A DNA stretch of 64,000 nucleotides from Gloeobacterales cyanobacterium (GTDB taxonomy: Bacteria; Cyanobacteriota; Cyanobacteriia; Gloeobacterales; PMM-0068). Position numbers and translations under genes: made by a program. Below are positions 9,353-18,441 of the stretch, one piece after another. The stretch covers positions 269,588 to 333,587 of the forward strand of contig JBBRSB010000002.1 in NCBI GenBank assembly GCA_038245785.1, written 5' to 3'. Position 1 is the stretch's first letter. Each line of letters starts with the position of its first letter. The notes under the pieces were generated by a model. It saw only the letters and a list, made by a program, of their open reading frames with translations. It ran no database searches and had not been told where the DNA came from.

Positions 9353-10049
9353 AATATTCAAGCTCAGAAAAAATCGTGGGGTAACAGGAGTAAGCCTTGT
9401 AGAACTTTTGGTGGCGGTGGTTATCTCTGGCATTATTATCTCCGCCATGATTGGAGCCTTTGTCACCACAGCAGGTAAGAGTGTCAAAGAAAGACGCCTA
9501 GCTGAAATTCAAGAAGAAAATCATCTAGCCTTAGATTTGATGAGCACTGAAATCCAAGAGGCTGCTTGGATTTCCAAAGACAGTGGGAAACTCTTAGAAC
9601 TACCCAATGGCAAAGTAGTCTTTAGCCTATTACTACCTTCTGCCCAAGGTTATTCGTTAGTCGTGTATGCCCTATCGGCACCGACCGAAGAATTGTCCCC
9701 CGTACTCCAATCTTATCTTGCCAAATTGCAGTCACCGATAGCCCTTTATCGTTGGCAGTCAGTGCCTTTAGATCTTGATCCGAAAGACCCTATCTTTCCC
9801 CAAAAAGTTGCTCCTGACCTCAAACAACCCCAACTCGTAACAGCCTTTTTGCGCTCATCACCAGCGTTAGGAGGTGAACCAGCGCTCCGCTTTCTAGAAG
9901 AGCAAAAAGATGGAACTATTGCCGGAGGAGAACTCATCCTTAGAGGAGATAATCCAAGCCAACCCTGTGCAGACATAGGCGCAGATATAAACTGTGCCAA
10001 TTTAGAAATAGCGACCAGAGCATACAGTAGAAATATTCAGCCACCATAA
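9342..10049 (+). CDS. PilW/GspJ-like minor pilin
   Basis: TG|VSLVELLVA...; ALDLMSTEIQEA; start taken at ATG 9342. Confidence 0.8.
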   Translation: MPHRIFKLRKNRGVTGVSLVELLVAVVISGIIISAMIGAFVTTAGKSVKERRLAEIQEENHLALDLMSTEIQEAAWISKDSGKLLELPNGKVVFSLLLPSAQGYSLVVYALSAPTEELSPVLQSYLAKLQSPIALYRWQSVPLDLDPKDPIFPQKVAPDLKQPQLVTAFLRSSPALGGEPALRFLEEQKDGTIAGGELILRGDNPSQPCADIGADINCANLEIATRAYSRNIQPP

Positions 10050-10659
10050 GCAAAACGACGAACAAGTATTTTCCAAGCTAACGTATTTATTGCAACACTT
10101 TACAAATCATTAAATAAATACAGGATTGCAAGGCATTCCCTTACTCAAAGAATGCCCCAAACAAGCATCTAGTCTTAGTTTAGACAACTGGTTAGATGCT
10201 TAAAAGGCTTGGCTTCACAGATTTTTTGCAACAAAGCAATTCATTTCCGTACCTTGTCCGTATGATTTAGTAAAGCGTTTTGCCTGTAACCATATCTTGA
10301 GAAGAGTTTGATGAAAGCGCAAGTAAATCCTATTAATCGAGTCAATGCTCGAAGAGGTTTGCGTATCTCTTCGAGGAGTTAGAGTATTAATATACTTAAT
10401 TTTCCAGGCTAAGCACTTAAGGGTATTTGCGATTACTTATTGCTTTAAAGTAAAGCTCCATACAAAAGGCATGAAAGGGCTTATTTGCGTGTATTTAAAG
10501 ATACAAGCAAATGTTGATTTTGAATGATAGCCTTCTGTGCAACTCCACATAAGAAGACCTTCGAGAGAGATCAAGTTTTAATCTGTAGACGCAACTGCAC
10601 GTTATCGAAACTTCTTGGTGGATAAATCAGCTAACTCCGACTAACAGGACTTTATTCAC

Positions 10660-11793
10660 ATGAATTTTCCACTTTTTATGAGGGGCTCTGTTGTAGCTGC
10701 GTTTCTCCTCGCAGCTACGCTGCCCGCTGCCCATGCGCAGCAGGCAGCCGTTGAGCCAGCGGCTGCCGAGGCTGCTGTTGACGAAGGGGCTCCTGACAAT
10801 GGAGCAAACGCTGCCGTAACGCCCGGTGAACCAGTCCCATCTATTCCTAATAATGCCAAGTTTGACCCACGGGTTTTAGACAATCAGCTTATTGCGCCTA
10901 CGGCACCGAATTGGAGTGTGCCTAGCCGCAATTTTGATCCGAGGCGCTTCATCTTGCCTCCTCCTCCTAAGAATCAGTCTGCACAAACCAAGCGTGAAAT
11001 CCGCGAGCTGAACGCTCTAGCCGCAACCCGTAATGACCCGAATGTGATTGCGAACATCAACCGCTGGAATGATGATCCACCTCCGCAGTACTTCAATTTG
11101 TATTTTGATTACCTAACTCAAACGACGGCCGGATTTACGCCTCCATTAGCAGCGCGCTGCTATGCCATGTTGAACCAGGGCCTTTATGAAGGGCTGATCG
11201 CTGCTTGGTATAACAAATTCACCTACTTGCGTCCTCGCCCAGACCAAGTCACTAATTTTACCTTCACCCCGGACCCAGCCATGTTCACCAATGGGGCAGG
11301 GGGACGAACGGATTCAACAGGTAAAGTCACTTCTCCTCCTCACCCTGCTTATCCCTCCGGCCATTCCACTTCTGCTGGCGTATTCATGGCCATCGGTCCA
11401 TCATGCTTCACCAATGAGCCCGTAGAAAATTTTGTGGCCCTTGGGCGGGAATCTTCTCTAAGTCGTCGACAAGGTGGGGTGCACTACTACTCTGACTCTG
11501 TCGCTGGAGAAGCTTTGGGTTATGCCGTAGGCAGTGCCCTTGTCAATGACTTTAGCCGAGATGGTTCTCCACGTGGCGGTGGGACAGCGCAAACGACCTA
11601 CACCCGTATTGGTGGGGTGGCAGGTGGTGCTATTCAAGCTGCCCTTAACCCTCGTCCTACGGTCACTGTTACTACAGGACCTCAGCTAGGGGCTGACGGC
11701 AAGATCTTCCTTGCACCGATCAAGCCATTCCCAGCTCCACCTCCCGTCAAACTTCCTCCAGATCCGATCATTGTTATTCCTCGTGCACGATAA
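10660..11793 (+). CDS. Secreted vanadium-dependent haloperoxidase / PAP2-superfamily phosphatase
   Basis: Signal peptide (AHA|Q); motifs KFTYLRPRP, HPAYPSGHS, SRRQGGVHYYSD. Confidence 0.85.
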   Translation: MNFPLFMRGSVVAAFLLAATLPAAHAQQAAVEPAAAEAAVDEGAPDNGANAAVTPGEPVPSIPNNAKFDPRVLDNQLIAPTAPNWSVPSRNFDPRRFILPPPPKNQSAQTKREIRELNALAATRNDPNVIANINRWNDDPPPQYFNLYFDYLTQTTAGFTPPLAARCYAMLNQGLYEGLIAAWYNKFTYLRPRPDQVTNFTFTPDPAMFTNGAGGRTDSTGKVTSPPHPAYPSGHSTSAGVFMAIGPSCFTNEPVENFVALGRESSLSRRQGGVHYYSDSVAGEALGYAVGSALVNDFSRDGSPRGGGTAQTTYTRIGGVAGGAIQAALNPRPTVTVTTGPQLGADGKIFLAPIKPFPAPPPVKLPPDPIIVIPRAR

Positions 11794-11814
11794 ATAGCTG
11801 GGTGAAATTAAGAA

Positions 11815-11888
11815 GACCCCCTATAGTCCCCCCTTGCCACTAGGCATAGCCTTCCCGGAGGGTGGGGGACGGCGATAGCCGGGGGTTC
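11815..11888. repeat. GC-rich short dispersed repeat with a nested palindrome
   Basis: gaccccc...gggggttc outer arms; the inner cactaggcatagccttcccggagggtgggg matches the reverse complement of 30404-30433. Confidence 0.6.
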
Positions 11889-11912
11889 CATGTCTGATCT
11901 ATTAACAAAAGC

Positions 11913-11955
11913 GATGGGCCGTGCTTCTCAACTTGGAAGCACAGCCCATTTTTTT
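11913..11955 (+). terminator. Rho-independent terminator after the haloperoxidase gene
   Basis: atgggccgtgcttc...gaagcacagcccat stem followed by a T-run. Confidence 0.7.
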
Positions 11956-11978
11956 AAGAGTTGACCTAGAGATAACGT

Positions 11979-12842
11979 TTAGGAAATTTTCAGAAGACTC
12001 TGCTGGTGCCTCCATACCTGTGGTGTAAAGCCATAGATCCGATGAAATTGCCGAATGAAATGCCCCGTATCGAGATATCCCACCGCCTCAGCAATTCGAC
12101 GAATAGATTGGTTGGTGCTTAGCAGCAAGAACTGTGCTTCAGTCAGTCGATATTCAATAATCCAGTTCAGGATAGTTTTTCCTGTCTCTCGTCGTACTAA
12201 GTCCGTTAGATACGCAGGAGAGCGCCCCACGGCTTTGGCTACATCGCAGAGGCTAATCTGACGAGCATAGTTGAATTTGATGTAATGAAACACTCTTTGG
12301 AGCAAAGGCAGGGGTAAAGAGGGTGCCTTTTTTAACTGAGGAGCAATTAATCGAGTAGTATCAATCAAGAGTAGCAACAGCAGGGCGTGGATAGCTTCTC
12401 CAAAGCCTAAAAACTGCCCATGAAATTCATCATATAGATGTTGAATATTGGCGAGTAATTGTGGATATTGTTCTTGAGCAATATGGAAATGTCTAGTATT
12501 TGGCTCTGTGGGCTGTAAAAATTCCCACAGCATTTCTTCTACAGGCGTGGACAAACTATCTAGATTCTTTACCTTAAAATTGATAGTCCAGCTCTTTGTA
12601 TTGACTAAGCCACTCGAATCATGAATCTCCCCAGGTGCCATGATAAAGAGATCGCCAGGCATTGCTTGAACTCTCTTCCCACCTAGGTATTGCCATCCTT
12701 CTCCTTCCTCGATGAAGCGCAGTTCATAGTAGGGATGGATATGCGCCTGTACAGGCTGTTCCCCAGAAGAAAGCACTTGAATTGGCAGGAAGACGGGAGA
12801 CCGCACATCAGCTACAGACTGGGACACTAACATATCAGGCAT
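11979..12842 (-). CDS. AraC family transcriptional regulator with cupin sensor domain
   Basis: HIHPYYEL cupin motif; C-terminal AraC HTH (IAEAVGYLDTGHFIRQF...TP). Confidence 0.92.
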   Translation of the reverse strand: MPDMLVSQSVADVRSPVFLPIQVLSSGEQPVQAHIHPYYELRFIEEGEGWQYLGGKRVQAMPGDLFIMAPGEIHDSSGLVNTKSWTINFKVKNLDSLSTPVEEMLWEFLQPTEPNTRHFHIAQEQYPQLLANIQHLYDEFHGQFLGFGEAIHALLLLLLIDTTRLIAPQLKKAPSLPLPLLQRVFHYIKFNYARQISLCDVAKAVGRSPAYLTDLVRRETGKTILNWIIEYRLTEAQFLLLSTNQSIRRIAEAVGYLDTGHFIRQFHRIYGFTPQVWRHQQSLLKIS

Positions 12843-13100
12843 CTCCTAAAGGAATGGTTTGCAGAAAAACTACATAGGACTTAAGAAAGTCCCCGAATTC
12901 TCTGTAGGCACTTATGTTTTAAATCATCAACCAAGCAAAGTCAGGGTGGAAAAGTTATAAGAAGGTTATTGAAGGTAAGGTCCTGCTAACTTTCTCTGCA
13001 TTCGTATTTCTCTGGCATGCCGCTACTTTCCCCGGAAGAAGTTTTGGCGTGGGGGATGGGGATACCTCTACGATGGATAGCGTAACGTTATAGACCGATC

Positions 13101-14609
13101 ATGACCCGCGACCTGCGTTCTTTCCTGCAGCTTCTTGAGAGCAAAGGCCAACTGCGCCGCATTGATGCCCTCGTCGATGGGGAACTAGAAATCACTGAAA
13201 TCACAGAACGGATGCTTCGCTGTGGAGGTCCGGCCTTGCTCTTTGAGCGGGTAAAAGGTTCTCCGTTTCCGATTGCGGTCAACGTGATGGGGACAGTACA
13301 GCGGGTCGTCTTAGCGATGGGCATGGACTCCCAGCAAGAACTAGAAGATTTAGGGACGAAGTTAGGCAAACTCCAGAAACCCAAACCGCCCAAAGGCATT
13401 CAGGAAGCACTCGATTTTGCATCGGTGCTCTTTGATGTGGTGAAAGCAAAACCAGGACGGGTGCTCTTTAATGCTCCTTGTCAAGAAGTGGTTCTAACCA
13501 AGGACCAAGTAGATCTGAATTTGATTCCGATGATGCGCCCTTGGCCTAAAGATGCGGGACGGAATCTGACCCTAGGCTTAGTCATGACCAAAGACCCTGA
13601 AGACGGCACGCCCAATGTAGGCATTTATCGCCTACAGCAGCAATCTAAAAACACGATGACCGTCCACTGGCTATCGGTGCGCGGGGGAGCCAGACATCTA
13701 CGCAAAGCAGCGCAGATGGGGAAGAAGCTGGATATTGCCATTGCCGTTGGCGTAGACCCCCTCTTGATCATGGCGGCGGCCACACCCATTCCCGTGGAGC
13801 TTTCCGAGTGGCTTTTCGCCGGACTCTATGCGGGAGAAGGAGTCAAGTTGACTCAGTGCAAAGGGTCGGACCTCTTAGTTCCTGCTTATGCTGAGTTCGT
13901 TCTTGAAGGGACGATTACCCCTGGAGAAATGGCGGTCGATGGTCCTTTTGGAGACCACATGGGTTATTACGGCCTAGAGGAAGAATCACCTCTGGTCCGC
14001 TTCCACACGATCACCCATCGGAAAAATCCGATTTACATGACCACCTATTCTGGTCGGCCTCCAAAAGAAGAAGCGATGATGGCGATTGCGCTGAATCGGA
14101 TCTATACGCCTCTGTTGCGCCAGCAGGTACCGGAGATTAAAGATTTCTTCTTGCCGATGGATGCCTTGAGCTACAAAATGGCGGTCATTTCTATTGACAA
14201 AGCTTATCCAGGTCAAGCCCGCAGAGCGGCGATGGCTTTTTGGACCGCCTTAGTTCAGTTCACCTATACCAAGTTTGTAGTCGTAGTCGATAAAGACATC
14301 AATATCCGCGATCCAGCCCAGGTTTTGTGGGCGATTAGTTCGAAAGTAGACCCCGAACGAGATGTGTTTATCATTGCCGATACGCCCTTTGATTCGTTAG
14401 ATTTTGCCTGCCCGAAGATTGGCATCGGTTCTCGTATGGGTATTGATGCCACCACCAAAATTCCTCCAGAAACGGACCATCCTTGGGGTGAACCTTTAGC
14501 GATGGATGAAGATGTAAAAAATCTGGTTTCTCGACGCTGGGCAGAATATGGTTTGAACGATATCAAACTGGATGAGGTTGATGCACGAGCGTGGGGATAT
14601 TTTGGTTAG
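13101..14609 (+). CDS. ubiD: UbiD family decarboxylase (prenyl-hydroxybenzoate decarboxylase, plastoquinone pathway)
   Basis: DLRSFL, NVGIYR, DGPFGDHMGYY, GRPPKEE, GIDAT motifs. Confidence 0.93.
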   Translation: MTRDLRSFLQLLESKGQLRRIDALVDGELEITEITERMLRCGGPALLFERVKGSPFPIAVNVMGTVQRVVLAMGMDSQQELEDLGTKLGKLQKPKPPKGIQEALDFASVLFDVVKAKPGRVLFNAPCQEVVLTKDQVDLNLIPMMRPWPKDAGRNLTLGLVMTKDPEDGTPNVGIYRLQQQSKNTMTVHWLSVRGGARHLRKAAQMGKKLDIAIAVGVDPLLIMAAATPIPVELSEWLFAGLYAGEGVKLTQCKGSDLLVPAYAEFVLEGTITPGEMAVDGPFGDHMGYYGLEEESPLVRFHTITHRKNPIYMTTYSGRPPKEEAMMAIALNRIYTPLLRQQVPEIKDFFLPMDALSYKMAVISIDKAYPGQARRAAMAFWTALVQFTYTKFVVVVDKDINIRDPAQVLWAISSKVDPERDVFIIADTPFDSLDFACPKIGIGSRMGIDATTKIPPETDHPWGEPLAMDEDVKNLVSRRWAEYGLNDIKLDEVDARAWGYFG

Positions 14610-14629
14610 CCAGGTTTTGCCCATAAGGT

Positions 14630-14764
14630 TCATTTTTTCTTGTTTTTGGAGCGTTGAGACATTGCCTTCCTCTCTTCGGCTATCAATTCAGCGGTCCTTG
14701 CCTGGATTCTTTCCTGCCGCTCTTTTGGCAGTCGGTTCATCATCTCCTCCAATGTTTTGCCCAT
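14630..14764 (-). CDS. 44-aa small ORF resembling the N-terminal segment of XRE/HigA-type antitoxins, lacking the HTH
   Basis: AGGAG SD upstream; MGKTLEEMMNRLPKERQERIQARTAELIAEERKAMSQRSKNKKK*; below the ORF-track cutoff. Confidence 0.55.
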   Translation of the reverse strand: MGKTLEEMMNRLPKERQERIQARTAELIAEERKAMSQRSKNKKK

Positions 14765-14775
14765 TTTTATCTCCT

Positions 14776-16119
14776 TCAGGGATGAGTATTCTTACTCAAG
14801 CGACGATAAACTTCTGCCAAAGCATCAGCATCTCCTACATTGCCGGGGAAAAGAACGACAGGCAGTAAGGGAAAACGAGGATGCACTTTAGGGGTGCAGA
14901 CGACGGAACAGCCAGCTAAGACTTGACCTAGGAGTCGGGCTGCATCCAGAGCTAGTCCCTTACTCAGCACATCATTAGAAGTGATACCGCCCTTGCTGAT
15001 TAAAAAGCCAATATCCGTAGGCAAGCCACGCACCACATCCATCAACAGTCCTGACACCGCTTCTCCAAAATCTAGACGAGTCTGGGTATCGGGGAACGTT
15101 AATTCCTGTCGGCTGGTGAACACTACGGGCGTTTTCCCCTGGGCATGGGCTTCATAGACCTCTTGCAGTGTTTCATCCAGAACGGCTTCGCGCTCCTCTG
15201 GATCGAACAAGCGAGCCACCTTTACTTCTACAGGCACCGTTCCCGGTTCTTTCAGGAGTTGTTCGAGCTGCTCTGTGGTCTTTTTGACATGGGAACCAAC
15301 CACTACCGCTCCTGGCTTACTGCCCCGCACATAGTTCGCCATATCCTCGGCCTGAATTGGCTGCGGAGGCAAAGCCGCTAAAGCAGTCAATAAACTGGCG
15401 GCACTACGAAATAGAAAACGCTTGCATCCGGTTCCGTCTTCGCGATGGGCAGCAGCCTGAAGTAGATCCTGAGCAAAACGATTCAGATCTTCCTGCCGTT
15501 CGGCATCAACAACGGCGCATTGATTGTCTTTCAGTTTGAGCAAACGGTCTAAACTGCCTGCGCGAATATCAGATAGGAGAAATCGTTCTACCGCACTGTC
15601 CGGAATCCTGCCTTTGGTTTTCTCTTCCACATAGTCGGGTAGATAGCTGTGGCTATAGCCAAAAACTGAGTCATGAGCAAATTCTGTCTCATGAACAGGG
15701 GTATCCACCCCATCCACCAGCAAATAGTGAACACTGTCTCGTGTAGTGCGTCCCCCTTCAAAAAAGGCTGGCACCAGAAAATGGGCATCAAAAGGCCCTA
15801 ATTCTTCGGCTATCACATCCGTCTCCACCGGGTAGTGACCGCGTAGGGTAGAGTCTGAACGACTAACCACCAGAAAATCCTGAATTCCTTCTTGCTCAAT
15901 CGCTATTTTCAGGTTGTGACAGACTTCCCGTGTGATAGCAGCAGCCTCGTCTGGAGAAACTGCCCTTGTATTGGTCAACACAAACATAATCGGGGAATCA
16001 TCGGCCAGACCTAGTCTCAGCGTATCCACATCCCAGCGGGTTAATAACAGACAGCTATGAACGGTCTGAGAACCTGTTGGATCATCATCAAGTACGAGAA
16101 TTTTCGGTCGTAGGTACAT
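14776..16119 (-). CDS. Four-carbon acid sugar kinase family protein (DUF1537)
   Basis: VLDDDPTG, SRSDSTLRGH, SKGGITS, FPGNVG motifs. Confidence 0.9.
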   Translation of the reverse strand: MYLRPKILVLDDDPTGSQTVHSCLLLTRWDVDTLRLGLADDSPIMFVLTNTRAVSPDEAAAITREVCHNLKIAIEQEGIQDFLVVSRSDSTLRGHYPVETDVIAEELGPFDAHFLVPAFFEGGRTTRDSVHYLLVDGVDTPVHETEFAHDSVFGYSHSYLPDYVEEKTKGRIPDSAVERFLLSDIRAGSLDRLLKLKDNQCAVVDAERQEDLNRFAQDLLQAAAHREDGTGCKRFLFRSAASLLTALAALPPQPIQAEDMANYVRGSKPGAVVVGSHVKKTTEQLEQLLKEPGTVPVEVKVARLFDPEEREAVLDETLQEVYEAHAQGKTPVVFTSRQELTFPDTQTRLDFGEAVSGLLMDVVRGLPTDIGFLISKGGITSNDVLSKGLALDAARLLGQVLAGCSVVCTPKVHPRFPLLPVVLFPGNVGDADALAEVYRRLSKNTHP

Positions 16120-16439
16120 AGCAAAACGCTCAGTTCTAGGATTTTAGGCAGCTTATATGCGTTTATCATAGTTCTCATTGGCTAAAGAACTGGCTCCAAA
16201 CTACCAACTTCTCCGCTCATTTTTTGAATGTATCGAATCAGACACAGGATTGTGTGTCCTAGAGGATAGCGTTTAATAAACGCGAATGAATATCACAGGG
16301 CGCTTACCTGCAGCCAAGCGATATATTTTTCCCAATATTGAAACCCCAGCAACATATTCCGAAAGCGAGACGCATAAACCAAATCAAGCATATTTGTTGC
16401 GCAAATCGCCTTGAACCTTTAACAGGAGTTAGTTAAGCA

Positions 16440-17840
16440 ATGAGAAATTTCAACAGTAGCAAGTCAATAATTTCTACTTTTTTATTCATTTCCATAGCTT
16501 TACTGGCAAGCTTATTGCTACTTAAAAATGTAAATAAAACCAATTTTCATCCAGACGAACCCGGATGGATTGCATCAGGATATTACTACTCCAATTTACT
16601 ATTAAACAGTAATTTTGAATGGCAACAATGGGCGAAATGTCCCGATGTTCCAGGAGCTTTTCAATGTGGATTTTACAATAGTAACTACAATCCACATTTA
16701 GGACAATGGATTATCGGAATTCCCTTGAAAACTTTTGCAGTAAAAGGCGAACGAGAATTCTTTGATTTTTATAATTTTGACAAATCTTTAGAAGAAAACA
16801 AAAAAGAGGGAAATCTTCCACCACAGCCTGTTTTATCGCGTGCTAGAAGCATATCTGTAGTAATTGGAACTTTATGTTGCTTACTAATTTTTGCTATTGG
16901 TTATTATTCCAATAATTTATGGATGGGAAGCATAGCAGCAATGCTCTTAATCTTTAATAAGCTATTCGTTACCTTAAGTACACAGGCGATGACAGATATT
17001 TCATATAACTTCTTTCTCCTTTGTGCTTATCTAGTCAGTATATTCTTACTGCGCCAATCTAAACTCCGTCATATCGTATTGATCAGTTTTCTCTATGGTG
17101 GTCTTATTGGATTAGCTTCTTCCGTGAAAATCATAGGAGTACTAGTTGGAGGACTATACTTCTTTTTGGTGATACTCTATAAAAAATTCGTCGGCGACCT
17201 GAAAGTGAAAGATACTGTAAAATGCCTGGCTGCTTTTTCTTTCTCGTCTCTATTCATAATCTATCTTATCAATCCTTACTTTTGGCCTTCCTTCAAAGAG
17301 ATAAACATTGGAGAGACTATCCAGGAAGTAGCAAACTACTCCAAGGAAAAGGGAGGAAGAGAGATGCAGAAGGACAATTTTAGGAGTGAATATCCGCAAC
17401 TTTCAAATTTTTCTCATGTATTAGAGTTTCCTCTTATGTTTGTCAGGATAAAACAAATAGGAGAGGAACAGGTGCAAGGAATTAAATCTGCCCAATGGGG
17501 AGAAAATCGCCTCGATACATTTAAGGAGACTTTTTTCAGAGAAAGTTCTAGTTTTCCCAAAGAATCCTATGTCTTAGTTCTAGGAATTGTCTTATTGGGG
17601 GGGAAACTAATAAACTCTATTTATAGAAAAGAACTTTCTGAGAGTGTTCTCCCTCTCTTTTATTTCGGCGCAAATTTTATGTTTATTCTGTTGTTTATGA
17701 CAGTTAATTTTGATAGATATTATTTGCCGACGGTTATTGCCAGCAAATTCGTGGTCGCCGCAGGAATATATGAAGCAAGCCGACTGATTTGGGTTGCCCT
17801 GCGTAGATCCACAAAATTAATTTCTGCGCAGAGACAATAA
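16440..17840 (+). CDS. GT-C fold (ArnT/PMT-like) membrane glycosyltransferase
   Basis: HPDE motif after TM1, multiple TM segments, DRYYLP motif; AT-rich coding sequence. Confidence 0.75.
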   Translation: MRNFNSSKSIISTFLFISIALLASLLLLKNVNKTNFHPDEPGWIASGYYYSNLLLNSNFEWQQWAKCPDVPGAFQCGFYNSNYNPHLGQWIIGIPLKTFAVKGEREFFDFYNFDKSLEENKKEGNLPPQPVLSRARSISVVIGTLCCLLIFAIGYYSNNLWMGSIAAMLLIFNKLFVTLSTQAMTDISYNFFLLCAYLVSIFLLRQSKLRHIVLISFLYGGLIGLASSVKIIGVLVGGLYFFLVILYKKFVGDLKVKDTVKCLAAFSFSSLFIIYLINPYFWPSFKEINIGETIQEVANYSKEKGGREMQKDNFRSEYPQLSNFSHVLEFPLMFVRIKQIGEEQVQGIKSAQWGENRLDTFKETFFRESSSFPKESYVLVLGIVLLGGKLINSIYRKELSESVLPLFYFGANFMFILLFMTVNFDRYYLPTVIASKFVVAAGIYEASRLIWVALRRSTKLISAQRQ

Positions 17841-17991
17841 GTCTACAAGGGACCACTTCTGCATGATGGGCGAACATTCTCTCTCCCCTGCTTAAGTTCA
17901 TCGGACGCAGATAACTTTGCTTCTCACGGTCCATGTTGGGACATTTCGGTAAAGCCTTTATCCCAAGGCTCTATGATATCGTCGTGCCGAT

Positions 17992-18324
17992 TCACGCTAA
18001 TCGTAAACCATTAGTTACTGTTTTATCCGGTATAGCTAGCACCACTGAACCATCTTGCTGCACAAAACCAGTTACTAAACACTCAGACATGAAAGAACCA
18101 ATTTGTTTAGGTGGGAAATTGGTAATGGCAATAACTTGTTTACCGACAAGCTCAGACCATGCATAAAGAGCTGTTATTTGGGCAGAAGATTTTTTGATAC
18201 CAAACTCACCAAAATCTATGTTGAGCTTGTAAGCAGGTTTTCTTGCCTCTGGAAATTCCTGTGCTTCTATGATAGTTCCAACTCGAATTTCAACCGCCTC
18301 AAAGTCCTGCCGCGAGATCTGCAT
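17992..18324 (-). CDS. csaA: CsaA tRNA-binding/export chaperone
   Basis: IRVGTI...FPEARKPAYKL.IDFG.FGIKKSSAQIT, NFPPKQIG. Confidence 0.9.
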   Translation of the reverse strand: MQISRQDFEAVEIRVGTIIEAQEFPEARKPAYKLNIDFGEFGIKKSSAQITALYAWSELVGKQVIAITNFPPKQIGSFMSECLVTGFVQQDGSVVLAIPDKTVTNGLRLA

Positions 18325-18441
18325 AGTTTTCTCAATCAACTACTACTAAGTATTGAATTTTAGACTGTAATGACCCCTTCCAGGACAGAAACGGTAGCTC
18401 CACAGTGGCAAGCTTCTTCACAGAGGAGCGGCTTACTTAGT

